Origin: Microcoleus sp.
Lineage (GTDB): Bacteria; Cyanobacteriota; Cyanobacteriia; Cyanobacteriales; Microcoleaceae
DNA length: 64,000 nucleotides
Assembly: GCA_042408215.1 (NCBI GenBank)
Contig: JAYFMW010000006.1
Location: 320,001-384,000 of the forward strand
Direction of reading: 5' to 3'
A program made the position numbers and the translations under genes. Shown in pieces: positions 32,865 to 44,224 of this stretch; within the stretch, counting starts at the first letter, position 1; each line of letters opens with the position of its first letter. The notes under the pieces were generated by a model, which saw only the letters and a list, made by a program, of their open reading frames with translations, made no database searches and was not told the DNA's origin.

Positions 32865-33347
32865 CTAGCCGCCGTAATTCCAGCCAGTGCTTTCTAGCAG
32901 CAAGGGCTCGCCCTCCCGGTGAATGCCGGCACCAACAACTTCACCCACATACACCGTGTGATCCCCGTGTTCCACAGCACCGACAACGTTGCACTCCACG
33001 TAACCCAAAGTGTCCGAAATAATCGGACAACCAGTTTCAGGCCCGGTATAAAATTCTACATCCTCAAATTTATCGCCGACGCGCCGCTGCTGTTTAAAGA
33101 ATTTCATAGCTAACTCTTTTTGTCCCGCTTCCAGGAAACTCAAAGCAAAGACACCGCTAGCTTTAATCATCGCGTGAGACTTGGAGTCTTGCTTAACGCA
33201 GTTAACCACTAAGGGAGGGGTAAAGGAAGATTGCATCACCCAGCTAGCGGTGAAGCCGTTGACTTCCTCGCCGTCTTTGACACCGCAGATGTATAGTCCA
33301 TGAGGGATTTTGCGGAGGATGGTCTTTTTCGCTTGTTCGTCTAGCAC
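32865..33347 (-). CDS. Flavin reductase family protein
   Basis: TASWVMQSSFTPP and GDHTVYVGEV. Confidence 0.9.
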   Translation of the reverse strand: MLDEQAKKTILRKIPHGLYICGVKDGEEVNGFTASWVMQSSFTPPLVVNCVKQDSKSHAMIKASGVFALSFLEAGQKELAMKFFKQQRRVGDKFEDVEFYTGPETGCPIISDTLGYVECNVVGAVEHGDHTVYVGEVVGAGIHREGEPLLLESTGWNYGG

Positions 33348-33556
33348 GGGCTTACCTGTTCGATCGATAACTCTACACCGCCCAGTTTACCTTTTGGAGC
33401 GCCCACAAACCAACTGTCCCAGGGGCGATCGGCAATATTGCCTGTTTCTCTTCTTTCTTTAACTTCGCGATCTTCGCGTCTTCGCGGTTCGTTAAATAGG
33501 CCTTCTTTAAGCGCGAATAAAGTAAACTTCAACTCAAAACTCACAACTCAAAAATA

Positions 33557-34393
33557 TTATGAAACCCCATACTTCTTAAACCAATCTTGCAGCCGCTTCC
33601 AACCATCCTTAGCTTCTTTTTCCCGGTAAGTGGGACGATAGTCGGCGTAAAAACCGTGCGGTGTATCTGGATAAAGGATGATTTCGGAACCGCTACTTCC
33701 AGTTTTAAGAACTTGCCGCATTTTCTCTACTGTATCGTTGGGAATCAAGTCGTCTTTGCCACCGTAAAGCCCCAATACAGGCACTTTGAAAGTTGCTGCA
33801 AGGTCGATCGCCCCTTTGGGAGTCAAAGCCGTAGAATCGCCAACCAAACGCCCGTACCAAGCCACTCCCGCTTTAACTTTCGGGTTGTGAGCCGCGTACA
33901 GCCAAACAATTCTGCCTCCCCAGCAAAATCCTGTAATTCCCAACTTATTAATATTGCCTTTTCCTGACTTTTGCGCCCAATCTACCGTAGCATCCAAATC
34001 CGACATAACTTGAGCATCGGGAACTTTAGAAACTACTTTGCTCACAATTTCTTGAATGTCGCTGATTTTAGAAACATCGCCTTGACGAGCAAACATTTCT
34101 GGGGCGATCGCCAAATAACCTAATTTAGCAAAACGGCGACAAATGTCTTGAATATGTGCATGAACTCCGAAGATTTCCTGAATTACTAAGATTACGGGAA
34201 AATTGCTACCCTTAGCTGGCATTGCTCTATATGCTGGAATTTGCCCGTCTTTCACGGGAATCTTCACTTCACCTGCAACTAAACCGCTAGCATCAGTGGT
34301 AATAACTGCCGCAGCAATAGGATGAACTGCTAAGGCAAATCCGGCGCTTAATGCGGTGACAGCGATAAATTGTCTGCGAGTCAATTCTTTCAT
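33557..34393 (-). CDS. Dienelactone hydrolase family protein with Tat signal
   Basis: TRRQF twin-arginine signal, QEIFG, GFCWGG and PHGF. Confidence 0.92.
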   Translation of the reverse strand: MKELTRRQFIAVTALSAGFALAVHPIAAAVITTDASGLVAGEVKIPVKDGQIPAYRAMPAKGSNFPVILVIQEIFGVHAHIQDICRRFAKLGYLAIAPEMFARQGDVSKISDIQEIVSKVVSKVPDAQVMSDLDATVDWAQKSGKGNINKLGITGFCWGGRIVWLYAAHNPKVKAGVAWYGRLVGDSTALTPKGAIDLAATFKVPVLGLYGGKDDLIPNDTVEKMRQVLKTGSSGSEIILYPDTPHGFYADYRPTYREKEAKDGWKRLQDWFKKYGVS

Positions 34394-34468
34394 TGGTAAT
34401 GGGGAATAGGGAATAGGTAATAGGGAATAGGGTGGAGCGAAGCGGAGGGATTGGGCCTTGGTAATTGG

Positions 34469-34791
34469 AACTAACTAATGACTAATGACTAATGACTAAT
34501 GACCAATGACTAATGACTAATGACTAATGACTAATGACTAATAATGACCAATGACTAACAACTACTGACTACTGACTAATGACTACTGACTAACAACTAA
34601 TGACTACTGACTAATGACTAACAACTAATGACTAATGACTACTGACTACTGACTACTGACTAATGACTACTGACTAATGACTAACAACTAATGACTAATG
34701 ACTAACAACTAATGACTACTGACTAATGACTAACAACTAATGACTAATGACTAATGACTAATGACTAATGACTAATGACTACTGACTAATG
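34469..34791. repeat. STRR heptamer array (TAATGAC / TACTGAC / TAACAAC mosaic)
   Basis: More than 300 bp of tandem 7-mers. Confidence 0.95.
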
Positions 34792-35565
34792 ACGAAACAG
34801 CCGATCGTGCTCTGGATGATAAAGACGCGATCGCCCTTCAACCTCCTTTCCCAACGCCGGACTAATCACATACATAGTCGTTCTAATCAAATTATTTTCG
34901 CGAGTAACAACAGCCATTTTGTCAAGAGGAACCAGCAAAATCTTTTCATCAGGCCAGCCCAACCGATAACAAATCGCCACAGGCAAATCTGATGGGTAAT
35001 GTTCCATCAATTTAGCTTGAGCCTGTTCGACATGGCGAGCACTCAAATACAAGCACAAACTGGCTTGATGAGCCGCTAAACTCGCCAATTCTTCCCGTTC
35101 CGGCACTTCTGTTCTGCCACTAATTCGGGTGAGAATAATTGTCTGCACAATGCCCGGCACTGTCAACTCAATTTTCAGTTTAGCTGCCGCCAGTTGGAAA
35201 GCGCTAATTCCCGGTATCACCTCAAAAGGAATTTCCGCTGCGGCTAAAGCTTGCATTTGCTCGCCGACAGCCCCGTAGAGACAGGGATCGCCTGAATGGA
35301 GGCGGACGACGCTTTTGCGATCGCGCACTCGTTCCACCATCAAAGGTACAATCTCTTCCAGCGTCTTATCCGCAGTCTGAATAATTTCAGCATCCGCGCG
35401 CACCCCCTGCAAAATTTGCTCTGGTACTAGGGAATCAGCAAACAATATCACATCGGCCGCAGCCAGTAATTTTTGAGCTTTGACAGTCAATAAATCTGGA
35501 TCGCCCGGCCCTGCACCCACAATATACACCCCAGGCATGAGGGATTCAGCCTTTGTTAAACTCAT
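34786..35565 (-). CDS. cobM: Precorrin-4 C11-methyltransferase
   Basis: VGAGPGDPDLLT, RLHSGDP, QTIILTR and RSRLY. Confidence 0.93.
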   Translation of the reverse strand: MSLTKAESLMPGVYIVGAGPGDPDLLTVKAQKLLAAADVILFADSLVPEQILQGVRADAEIIQTADKTLEEIVPLMVERVRDRKSVVRLHSGDPCLYGAVGEQMQALAAAEIPFEVIPGISAFQLAAAKLKIELTVPGIVQTIILTRISGRTEVPEREELASLAAHQASLCLYLSARHVEQAQAKLMEHYPSDLPVAICYRLGWPDEKILLVPLDKMAVVTRENNLIRTTMYVISPALGKEVEGRSRLYHPEHDRLFRH

Positions 35566-35682
35566 TACTACTAAAAAATTTGCTAAATTTGCCTGCCATT
35601 CCGGATGCACCTCTTTCGGCTAGAAGAAAGGGATGGTAGATGCACCCTGGTTTAAACCCTAGAGATTAATCTCTGGGGTTTT

Positions 35683-36576
35683 TTATTGATCTTCAGGAGA
35701 CTGCTGAGGGAGTTCTGCCCGATCGCATTTAGGGGAAACAACATCCGGCAAAGGTCGATCGACCAAATAAAGCCAAGCCAACCCGCCCAATCCCAAAACA
35801 ATCCCAGTCAAGCTTACCATCTGTGCTGTCCGCAACGGTCCGAACATCAAACTGTCCGTTCGCAACCCTTCAATCCAGACTCTACCGGAACTGTAAGCCG
35901 TCAAATAAACCAAAAATAAACTACCGGTTTTCAAGCGAATTTTACCCTGCACATCACGGAAAAACAAAGTCAGCAGCAACCCAAATACTGTCAAATTCCA
36001 CAGGGATTCGTAGAGAAATGTGGGGTGAAAATATTCAAAATTGGCGTAGGGCTGTGGGCGATGTTCTAGGGGAATATACAGTTTCCAAGGTAAATCTGTA
36101 GGACTGCCAAAAGCTTCGGAGTTAAAGAAATTTCCCCAGCGTCCAATTGCTTGACCAAGAATTGCCGAAGGCGCGACTAAATCGGCCAATTTCCAAAAAG
36201 AAACTTGCTGAATTTTCGCAAAAATTAAAGCCGCCATCGTGCCGCCCAACATCGCCCCATGAATAGCAATTCCGCCTTTCCAAATCGCCATAATATCCTC
36301 CGGGTGCTGGGCGTATTGCTGCCACTCGAAAGCAACGTAATAAATTCTGGCACAGGGAATAGCGCCCACAACTAGCCAGATTGCCAAGTCGCCCAGCAAT
36401 TCGGGGTTGATGCGACGCTTGGCGGCTAAGTATTGGGAAAGACTGACCCCAATCAAGACGGCAGAAGCAATCAACAAGCCGTACCAGCGGATCGCTAGGG
36501 GGCCGAGTTGAAAGATAATCGGGCCGGGGGATGTAAATTGAAACCCGATCGGCAGCGTGAAGATATTTAGCACCAT
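35683..36576 (-). CDS. lgt: Prolipoprotein diacylglyceryl transferase
   Basis: [18 protein letters not shown] and HPTFLYES. Confidence 0.96.
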   Translation of the reverse strand: MVLNIFTLPIGFQFTSPGPIIFQLGPLAIRWYGLLIASAVLIGVSLSQYLAAKRRINPELLGDLAIWLVVGAIPCARIYYVAFEWQQYAQHPEDIMAIWKGGIAIHGAMLGGTMAALIFAKIQQVSFWKLADLVAPSAILGQAIGRWGNFFNSEAFGSPTDLPWKLYIPLEHRPQPYANFEYFHPTFLYESLWNLTVFGLLLTLFFRDVQGKIRLKTGSLFLVYLTAYSSGRVWIEGLRTDSLMFGPLRTAQMVSLTGIVLGLGGLAWLYLVDRPLPDVVSPKCDRAELPQQSPEDQ

Positions 36577-36749
36577 GAAAGTTGGATTAATTTTGGTGGA
36601 AAGTAGTTAAATTTGCATACTCTTTAACAAACTACAGAGTTTATTTTAGGTGGCTGCGGTCATTTAGATGCACTTTTTCCGGGATTTAGCCAAAAATTCA
36701 CTTGTTCGTGGAAATTTCTGTCAGGAGTTTTCTCTGTGAGTCCACCATC

Positions 36750-36841
36750 AGATCCCCCCTAACCCCCCTTAAAAAGGGGGGAACCGGAGAATTCTTAAAG
36801 TCAACCCCTACTCCCCTTCTTAAGGGGGATTTAGGGGGATC
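36750..36841. repeat. REP-like hairpin element
   Basis: GATCCCCCCTAACCCCCCTTAAAAAGGGGGG...CTTAAGGGGGATTTAGGGGGATC. Confidence 0.8.
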
Positions 36842-36926
36842 GAGACTTCTGTCTTTTTGAGGTTCGACGGCAGCTTTGGTCGAAAAGTTTTAAGATAGAG
36901 GATGGCTTTAAATTTTTTGATGACCT

Positions 36927-38036
36927 ATGTCCCCTACCTCCGTTTCTGTTGTGCACTCTTCTGGTAATTCCAAAGGTGCGAATCAGTCTGGCAAGACTGG
37001 TACTTTTGCTGTTGAGTCTGGTAAAATTCCGCCCTTGTTGGGGGCGAGTTTGGCTGAGTTAACGGAGTGGGTGCAGCAACAGGGCCAACCTGCTTATCGC
37101 GGAAAGCAGTTGTACCAGTGGATTTATGAGAGAGGGGCCCGATCGCTTTCTGAGATTTCTGTATTCTCGAAACAGTGGCGCGAGACTGTTGCTAATATTC
37201 CGATCGGGCGATCGACTATTCACTATCGATCGGTTGCACCAGACGCCACCGTCAAGTATCTCTTAAAATTAGCAGACGGTCAAATCATTGAAACAGTCGG
37301 CATTCCCACCGAAAAACGGCTGACAGTCTGCGTATCTGCACAGGTTGGCTGCGCGATGGGCTGCGATTTTTGCGCTACAGGAAAAGGCGGTTTTAAGCGC
37401 AACTTAGAAAAACACGAAATAGTCGATCAAGTATTAACTGTTCAGCAAGATTTCGGGCGTAGAGTCAGCCACATCGTATTTATGGGCATGGGAGAACCAT
37501 TGCTGAATGCCGATAATGTTGTAGCTGCTGTTAAATGTTTGAATGAAGACGTCGGAATTGGACAGCGAAATATCACCATTTCCACAGTAGGAATTCGCAA
37601 TCGCATTCGCAAATTAGCCGAACAGCACTTGCAAGTTACCCTCGCTGTCAGTCTCCACGCTTCCAATCAAAGATTGCGCGAAGAATTAATTCCTAGCGCC
37701 CACCCTTATCCTTTGGATGAGTTAGTAGCAGAATGTCGCGAATATGTTCAATCCACGGGGCGCAGGTTGAGTTTTGAATATGTGCTTTTAGCAGGTGTGA
37801 ATGATTTGCCAGAACACGCGGCGGAGTTAGCTGGTCATTTGCGCGGCTTTCAGTGTCACGTCAATTTGATTCCTTACAATCCGATTCAGGAAGCTGAATA
37901 TAAACGGCCTACTCCCAATCGAATTAACAGTTTTGTTGCGGTTTTGAAGGAGAAGAAAATTGCAGTTAGCGTGCGGTATTCTCGCGGGTTGGAGGCGGAT
38001 GCGGCCTGCGGGCAATTGCGGGCTTCTGAGGTTTAG
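36927..38036 (+). CDS. rlmN: 23S rRNA A2503 C2-methyltransferase (radical SAM)
   Basis: [15 protein letters not shown] and AACGQL. Confidence 0.96.
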   Translation: MSPTSVSVVHSSGNSKGANQSGKTGTFAVESGKIPPLLGASLAELTEWVQQQGQPAYRGKQLYQWIYERGARSLSEISVFSKQWRETVANIPIGRSTIHYRSVAPDATVKYLLKLADGQIIETVGIPTEKRLTVCVSAQVGCAMGCDFCATGKGGFKRNLEKHEIVDQVLTVQQDFGRRVSHIVFMGMGEPLLNADNVVAAVKCLNEDVGIGQRNITISTVGIRNRIRKLAEQHLQVTLAVSLHASNQRLREELIPSAHPYPLDELVAECREYVQSTGRRLSFEYVLLAGVNDLPEHAAELAGHLRGFQCHVNLIPYNPIQEAEYKRPTPNRINSFVAVLKEKKIAVSVRYSRGLEADAACGQLRASEV

Positions 38037-38075
38037 CTGCGGGTATCTAACAGCGATCGCATTTTACGTTTAGCG

Positions 38076-38261
38076 GTAAGGTTCCCATTGTGCACCCTAC
38101 AAATAACAGCACCCTACAAATAACAGGTAAGGTGCGCCCTGGGCACCCTACAAATAACAGGTAAGGTGCGCCCTGGGCACCCTACAAATAACAGGTAAGG
38201 TGCCCATTGTGCACCCTACAAATAACAGGTAAGGTGCCCATTGTGCACCCTACAAATAACA
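38076..38261. repeat. Tandem 33-bp REP-like repeat
   Basis: AAATAACAGGTAAGGTGC(GCCCTGG/CCATTGT)GCACCCTAC repeated about five times with no spacers. Confidence 0.9.
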
Positions 38262-38377
38262 ACTATAGCGGCTCTCAAGACTCGTGAGGTACAAGCCGAT
38301 CAATGCCCTATGCCCTATGCCCTATGCCCAATCCCCAAGCGTACCTCATTGAACAGAGAAGGGCTATAACCTGATAT

Positions 38378-39202
38378 TTAAACAGTTTCCTCGATTAAAT
38401 CTGCTTCAGCTTCCCGGCGTCTTGTCATACCTTTTTCAATGGGCGTTCCCAGCCAAATCCGTTTCATTTTGCGGATTTGTTAGGCAATTTTATTCACATT
38501 TTTTTGCGTTACTAAATCGCGAACTACACGCATTTCCAGGCGGCGGTTTCCCTGCATACTTGTGCCGCGATTGAATACCAAACTTACCAATCCTCCTTGA
38601 ACATTTGCGGGCAATTCTTCAAAACCGGGAAATGCCTCTTTTGTCAGATTGTAAAATTTCGGCACTGTGACAACATTAAAAACTTCCCAGGCTAATTCCC
38701 AGGGAACAATAATGTCTCTAACACTATCTAAACGTTGTTTTGCTGCATCCTCTGTCAACCCGCAGCAATCACTCAAACGCTGTTGCTCAACATCTCCTAA
38801 TTTGTGGCAATCTTGGTGAAAAACTTCTATACTATTGTAACCGAGGTCGTAGCCGATGCCGATCGTAATTCCTGATTGTCCTTCCGGCCAAGTTGGACTC
38901 TGCAAAAACTTTTCGTAATATTGCTGTCCGCCACCAATCTCGAATTCCAAAATTAGTTGAATTGCCTTATAGGATAAAAGTGACGACCCCAGCAGTTCCC
39001 CAGGGAACAAAGCAGTCAGGGTTTTGACGCCAGCAACTCCATCGGCAACAAGGTCTTGATTACTCTGAAATTGCTTCACCGCTGCTTCTGTTTTCGGCCC
39101 AAACTTACCATCTGCACTCCCTGAATTCAATCCCAATTCCAGCAAGCGTTTTTGCAGTTTAAGAACATCGGAACCTGACGCACCTACTTTTAGAGTTTGC
39201 AC
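38378..39202 (-). pseudogene. Peptidoglycan-binding-domain muramidase (lysozyme/pesticin-like) with an internal TAA at 38480-38482
   Basis: PG_binding_1 N-terminus (DGKFGPKTEAAVKQFQ), SGITIGIGYDLG and SLVFNRG. The frame continues past the stop as QIRKMKRIWLGTPIEKGMTRRREAEADLIEETV*. Confidence 0.8.
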
Positions 39203-39271
39203 AATCTGTTTCCCTTTGATACTATAGGCAAATTTATTTTTGGTTCAAATCAAACCATAAATTAGGCATCA

Positions 39272-39305
39272 AAAAAATCCGGTTTCTTCAAGAAACCGGA
39301 TTTTT
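39272..39305. terminator. Rho-independent terminator after fcl
   Basis: AAAAAAATCCGGTTTCTTCAAGAAACCGGATTTTT near-perfect palindrome. Confidence 0.7.
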
Positions 39306-39310
39306 CACGC

Positions 39311-40255
39311 TCACGCGGCGTGTTTTCGATACCACTCTATCGTATTTTTTAACCCTTCCTTAAACTCCGTCTGTGCGGTAAACCCAAACGCATTTTTTGC
39401 CCTTTCTGTATCCAAACATCGGCGCGGCTGACCGTTCGGTTTATCTGTTTCCCAAACAATTTCGCCTTGAAACTCCATCAATTCGCAAATTAACTCGATC
39501 AACTCTCGAATGGGGATTTCATAATTCGTTCCCAAATTCACCGGTTCTGAGTCATTGTAATTCTGGGTTGCCATCACAATTCCCCGCGCGGCATCTGTGG
39601 AATACAAAAACTCGCGGGTAGGGCTACCATCGCCCCAAACTGGTAATGTTTTGTCTCCCCTTTCTTGGGCTTCGTGGACTTTCCGAATTAACGCGGGGAT
39701 GACGTGAGAACTCTTGGGGTCAAAGTTATCTTCCGGGCCGTATAAATTGACTGGGAGCAAGTAGATGCCGTTGAATCCGTACTGCTGGCGATAGGATTGC
39801 AGTTGCACTAATAAGGCTTTTTTTGCTATTCCGTAAGGGGCGTTTGTTTCTTCTGGGTAGCCGTTCCAGAGGTCATCTTCTTTGAAGGGAACGGGAGTGA
39901 ATTTGGGATAAGCACAAATTGTGCCGACGCAAACAAATTTTTCGACTCCGGCTTCGTAGGCTGCGTGAATTAGTTGCGCGCCCATCATCAAGTTGTCGTA
40001 AAATAATTCAGCGGGTTTTAGTTGATTTAAACCAATGCCGCCGACGTGGGCGGCGAGGTGAATTATGATATCTTGTTGGTTGGCGGCGCTTTTGCAGTTT
40101 TCCATGATGCGGAGGTCGCAATCGCGCGATCGCGTTACCGCAATTTTCTGAGCATCAGCCCCCGCTTTCACTAATTGGTCTATTACCTGACGACCCAAAA
40201 AACCGGCGCCGCCCGTTACCAGAATCCGCTTGTTGCTTAAATCTAAGCTGGTCAT
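39311..40255 (-). CDS. fcl: GDP-L-fucose synthase
   Basis: [20 protein letters not shown] and [10 protein letters not shown]. Confidence 0.95.
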   Translation of the reverse strand: MTSLDLSNKRILVTGGAGFLGRQVIDQLVKAGADAQKIAVTRSRDCDLRIMENCKSAANQQDIIIHLAAHVGGIGLNQLKPAELFYDNLMMGAQLIHAAYEAGVEKFVCVGTICAYPKFTPVPFKEDDLWNGYPEETNAPYGIAKKALLVQLQSYRQQYGFNGIYLLPVNLYGPEDNFDPKSSHVIPALIRKVHEAQERGDKTLPVWGDGSPTREFLYSTDAARGIVMATQNYNDSEPVNLGTNYEIPIRELIELICELMEFQGEIVWETDKPNGQPRRCLDTERAKNAFGFTAQTEFKEGLKNTIEWYRKHAA

Positions 40256-40694
40256 GTTCTTATCCTCATGTTCAATAAAGGTCGATCGACAATCTCAAAT
40301 CTAAAACTATTGTCCGAACCAAACAAACTGTTAGAGGACTTATAGCCGAAGTCAGAAGTCAGAAGTCAGAAGTCGATGGGTCAATGCAATTCCCCGCAAT
40401 GGTTTCAGCAATTAATCACGTCCGGTGGAACCGCTCAGGTTGCTATCTGTCAACTTATGACCTTTCTGTTTGAGGGTCGATCGCTAATAGCATTTAAGTA
40501 GCCGGACAATTGATCGACGCAACTATCTTCGCTCTTTGTGCAAGCTGTCGAATTTTGTCCACCTAAAATGCGGCAAGGGGGCGGACACTATAACCGAGGC
40601 GGACATATCGAGCCGTAAGGCGAGTACCGCCGATGGTTGAGTGTCTGGGGAATTGCCGCCAGAAAATAAATTGAGCGACAGCGAATCCATTGAT

Positions 40695-41978
40695 TCAAGA
40701 TGCGTATTCATAGCCATCAGCCTTAGGAATAGTTTTCAAATATTTCGGATGCACGTCAAACTTTCTGCCCCCGGTTGTTAGCGTAAAACTTGGTTTGAAT
40801 CGAATCGCAATCCGACCCGTATAAGTCCCTGCATATTTTCCGGTTAGAACGTTGGCTTTGACTAAATCTCCAGTTTGAAAACCCATGAAGAATTTAGCAG
40901 CAGGGGCATGACGGATAGGGAAGCCAAACTTATCGGTACCGCAACGTTGCCTTCTCCCCTGTCCTTTAGCTTTAATAACTAAAGGTTTAACACCCTTGAG
41001 CAATAACGTTTCAGGAGTTGATACCCCAACACAAGCTGCATCAGTCCAGTGTGTTTTTTCAATCCCCCTAGTCTTGCGGTTAAACTTTGTGCGACCTCCC
41101 GAATCAACTTCTACAGACAACCCCGTTAATTGAAGTCTTCTGTACAATTCCCATCGGGTAGTATTGACAGCAGCAGCATCCTGAAGAGGCGCTTTGGCTT
41201 GGGCTAACACTCGCTTGAGAACTTCCGGTTTCTTTTTTAAGAACTCCTCAACAGGTTTATTTCCTTTGGCTTGGTTGCAGGCATGACAACTGAGACAAAG
41301 GTTCCTGATTCGATTTGAGCCCCCCTTGCTTTTTGCCAGGATGTGTTCGATCTCAAATGGAACATTCTCGATACCACAGTAAGCGCATTTTCTACCCCAT
41401 TTTTGAAGCAAGTATTCCTTGACTTCAAAACTGAATAGCTCACCTCTTTGATACTCTATCCCGCTAATCTCAGGATTTTCGATCTGCTGCAAGTCAAATC
41501 TAACCAACTCTTGAGAAATGGCTGTAATTGGGCACAGTTTCTTAATCCGCCTCACCCAGGTTTCGATGTTGGCGATGCGACTCTCAAGTGATGGTGGCAA
41601 CCATCCAGGATTACGAGTTCTGTTTAAAAAACGAGGCTCACGGTAACGAGTTTTACGATTACGGCGACCTCTTCTTAAAGCTCTACGAGACTCAAGGGAA
41701 TTCTTGATTTGTTGTCCTCGGTGTGAGATTTCAAAAGCGTTTGTGACACGCCCTGTCTCTTCTTGAACAATAGCGATTCCGGTTGTTTTGCTACCCGGAG
41801 CGATTTTAATTCGATGTGGATGAGTTGCTGAATCTTCAACAGTTCTATCCTGTAGAACAATGGTGAACGGATAGCGTCTGTATACTTTAGCCCTCCTTTT
41901 TTGTCGTAATTCTCTTGCCCGTGCTGGATGGCAGGGGTCAAGAGGATTTAGGTTCCTATCTAAGACGAAAACTCGCAT
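40695..41978 (-). CDS. iscB: RNA-guided endonuclease IscB, RuvC-I Asp->Ala variant
   Basis: PLDP (PLMP domain), KIAPGSK (normally KIDPGSK), RRGRRNR bridge helix, QELVRFD, HNH EHILAKSKGGSN...CHACNQAKG, and HWTDAAC. Confidence 0.93.
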   Translation of the reverse strand: MRVFVLDRNLNPLDPCHPARARELRQKRRAKVYRRYPFTIVLQDRTVEDSATHPHRIKIAPGSKTTGIAIVQEETGRVTNAFEISHRGQQIKNSLESRRALRRGRRNRKTRYREPRFLNRTRNPGWLPPSLESRIANIETWVRRIKKLCPITAISQELVRFDLQQIENPEISGIEYQRGELFSFEVKEYLLQKWGRKCAYCGIENVPFEIEHILAKSKGGSNRIRNLCLSCHACNQAKGNKPVEEFLKKKPEVLKRVLAQAKAPLQDAAAVNTTRWELYRRLQLTGLSVEVDSGGRTKFNRKTRGIEKTHWTDAACVGVSTPETLLLKGVKPLVIKAKGQGRRQRCGTDKFGFPIRHAPAAKFFMGFQTGDLVKANVLTGKYAGTYTGRIAIRFKPSFTLTTGGRKFDVHPKYLKTIPKADGYEYAS

Positions 41979-41984
41979 TACTTT

Positions 41985-42224
41985 GAACTCTCAACTTGCG
42001 TTGGTATGGTTTGCCTCGCCAATGTTATAAGAGCTTTTTGAGCCTGAAGCACTGGTTTTTCCTATAGCCTGTTTAACTTCAGACGACAGAGCCTAAAACT
42101 GGCACGCATTCTAGGGTGTCATGACTCAAATAACGGAGTTCCTAACAGGAACTAAGGCTGGTCAACAAGGCTTACAATTTCTTGCAAGCCTACACTGTAC
42201 CGAAGGTCAGTGTAGGTAGTTGAC
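41985..42224 (-). ncRNA. IscB omegaRNA (HEARO-type) scaffold
   Basis: GTCAACTACC-hairpin...GTTGACCAGCCTTAG...CCGTTATTTGAG...ACATTGGCGAGGC directly upstream of iscB, the expected position and layout. Confidence 0.85.
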
Positions 42225-42237
42225 TTAGCTTGACACC

Positions 42238-43269
42238 TTAATCAAATCCGTGGCCAGAACCTCGAAGTTGAGTTTCGAGAGCTTTGATGTCAGAATCTAC
42301 CATTAAGTGAACTAACTCTTCAAACGTCACCGAAGGTTCCCACCCCAACTGCTGACGCGCCTTAGTCGAGTCGCCAATTAACAGTTCAACCTCTGCAGGA
42401 CGCAGGTAGCGTTCGTCAAACTCCACGTACTCGTGCCAATCTAAATTGACGTGCTTGAAAGCCAAATCTAGAAATTCTCGGATCGAATGGGTTTCGTTGG
42501 TAGCGATCACATAATCGTCTGGCTTGTCTTGCTGTAGCATCAGCCACATCGCTTTTATGTAATCCTTCGCATATCCCCAGTCGCGCTTGGAATCGAGATT
42601 GCCCAAGTAAAGCTTTTTCTGCTTCCCTGCTACAATTCTGGCTACAGCGCGAGTAATTTTGCGGGTGACAAAAGTTTCGCCACGGCGGGGAGATTCGTGG
42701 TTGAACAAAATCCCGTTACAGGCAAAAAGTCCGTAAGATTCGCGATAATTTATGGTCTGCCAGTGACCGTAAACTTTGGCGCAAGCATAAGGACTTCTGG
42801 GATAAAAAGGCGTTGTTTCTGTTTGCGGCACTTCCTGCACCAAACCAAACATTTCAGAAGAACCAGCTTGATAGAAACGCACTTCAATGCCAGTGCGGTG
42901 CTGATAGTCTCGAATTGCTTCTAGCAAGCGCAGCACGCCCATTCCCACGGTGTCAACGGTATATTCCGGGGAGTCAAAGCTAACTCTGACGTGGGATTGA
43001 GCGCCCAAGTTGAAAATTTCTGTAGGTTGGACTTCTTCGATAATCCGGCGCAGAGTAGTGCCGTCGGTCAAGTCGCCGTAGTGCAGAAACAACCGGGCGT
43101 CCTCGCTGTGAGGATCGACATAAATGTGGTCGATTCGATCGGTATTGAAACTAGAACTGCGCCGGATAATGCCGTGAACTTCATATCCCTTCTCTAACAG
43201 GAATTCGGTCAAGTAAGAACCGTCTTGACCTGTAATACCTGTGATTAGTGCTCGCTTCCGTTGCGTCAT
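42238..43269 (-). CDS. gmd: GDP-mannose 4,6-dehydratase
   Basis: [26 protein letters not shown] and [16 protein letters not shown]. Confidence 0.97.
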   Translation of the reverse strand: MTQRKRALITGITGQDGSYLTEFLLEKGYEVHGIIRRSSSFNTDRIDHIYVDPHSEDARLFLHYGDLTDGTTLRRIIEEVQPTEIFNLGAQSHVRVSFDSPEYTVDTVGMGVLRLLEAIRDYQHRTGIEVRFYQAGSSEMFGLVQEVPQTETTPFYPRSPYACAKVYGHWQTINYRESYGLFACNGILFNHESPRRGETFVTRKITRAVARIVAGKQKKLYLGNLDSKRDWGYAKDYIKAMWLMLQQDKPDDYVIATNETHSIREFLDLAFKHVNLDWHEYVEFDERYLRPAEVELLIGDSTKARQQLGWEPSVTFEELVHLMVDSDIKALETQLRGSGHGFD

Positions 43270-43492
43270 CTAAATTTTTCCTTTACTGACTTTAACTCAC
43301 AAAAAATTTACAGGGCAGGAGACTGTTGAGTTACCTGCCGACCGTATTCTCAAGTTCTACGTTAACTCAAAATTCCTCGATCGCCCTCAAGGATTTGTGC
43401 AAGTTTTTGCTCATACTTTGTATGGTCAGTCAGTAGTCAGAGTAATCAACAGTAGCAAAATCATCAAGCTGAGCGCTGACTACTGACAAAAA

Positions 43493-44224
43493 TTAGTAGG
43501 CGCCGTTATTTTTGGGAAAAATCACCACACCAATTGTTTTGAAAACGATCCACATATCCATCCAAAGGTTTTTGTCATTTGCATAATAGAGGTCTATCTG
43601 GACTCGGCGGGGATAAGGAATGTCATTGCGGCCCGATACTTGCCACAAGCCTGTAATGCCTGGTCTGATCGTCAAAATTTTGTTAATGTAACGGCCATAT
43701 CTCGGCAGTTCCTCCTCAACTAAAGGTCTCGGTCCTACAACACTCATATCTCCTTTGAGAACGTTCCAAAACTGGGGGAATTCATCTAAACTGGTCACTC
43801 GTAAAAATCTTCCAATCCAGGTAATTCGAGGGTCTTGTTTCAGCTTGAAATTGTCTTCAAACTCTTGACGCAGATGCGGGGATTTTTCGATGAGTTCTAG
43901 CAATACATCGTCCGCATTTTCCACCATCGTCCGGAATTTAAGGCAATAGAACATTTTGCGGTTTTTGCCTACTCGTTCCTGCACGTAAAAAATCGGTCCG
44001 GGCGAGCTTAAGGCAATGGAAAGAGCCAAAAGCAGGTAAACCGGGGCAAACAGGATCAGAACCGAGAGGGAAAACAGTATGTCAAATAACCGCTTGAAAA
44101 ATTCTCCGTCGAGGCTAGTCTGAGAAAGACTGATGCGTCTGTCTCTACGCAAAACAGGCCCAAAACCACGTCTCGCGATCGCTCGAATTACCTTGCCGGA
44201 GATTAGTTGGCTGTCGGCAGTCAT
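43493..44224 (-). CDS. Bacterial sugar transferase (undecaprenyl-phosphate glycosyl-1-phosphate transferase)
   Basis: KRLFDI, KFRTM, DPRIT, SLDEFPQ, MSVVGPRP and PGITGLWQV. Confidence 0.93.
   Translation of the reverse strand: MTADSQLISGKVIRAIARRGFGPVLRRDRRISLSQTSLDGEFFKRLFDILFSLSVLILFAPVYLLLALSIALSSPGPIFYVQERVGKNRKMFYCLKFRTMVENADDVLLELIEKSPHLRQEFEDNFKLKQDPRITWIGRFLRVTSLDEFPQFWNVLKGDMSVVGPRPLVEEELPRYGRYINKILTIRPGITGLWQVSGRNDIPYPRRVQIDLYYANDKNLWMDMWIVFKTIGVVIFPKNNGAY

Larger units (their letters stand above)
40563..42224 (-). mobile_element. IS200/IS605-superfamily iscB element without tnpA
   Basis: 5' end GTCAACTACC, omegaRNA, iscB, and 3' hairpin GCGGCAATTCCCCAGACACT...AGTGTCCGCCCCCTTGCCGC; the 3' junction is inferred. 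Confidence 0.85.

Noticed and set aside
35611..35682. Cobalamin riboswitch upstream of cobM
   Set aside because: The region is too short and has no B12-box; it contains only a terminator-like hairpin.
38076..38261. 33-bp repeats of CRISPR-like length
   Set aside because: The units are head-to-tail with no spacers.
42225..42240. IscB guide TAAGGTGTCAAGCTAA resembles the MITE TIR ATAGGTGTCAACTTAA (12/16)
   Set aside because: Two mismatches fall in the TAM-proximal seed and the following bases do not match the inferred TAM. The guide is fully explained as insertion-site flank.
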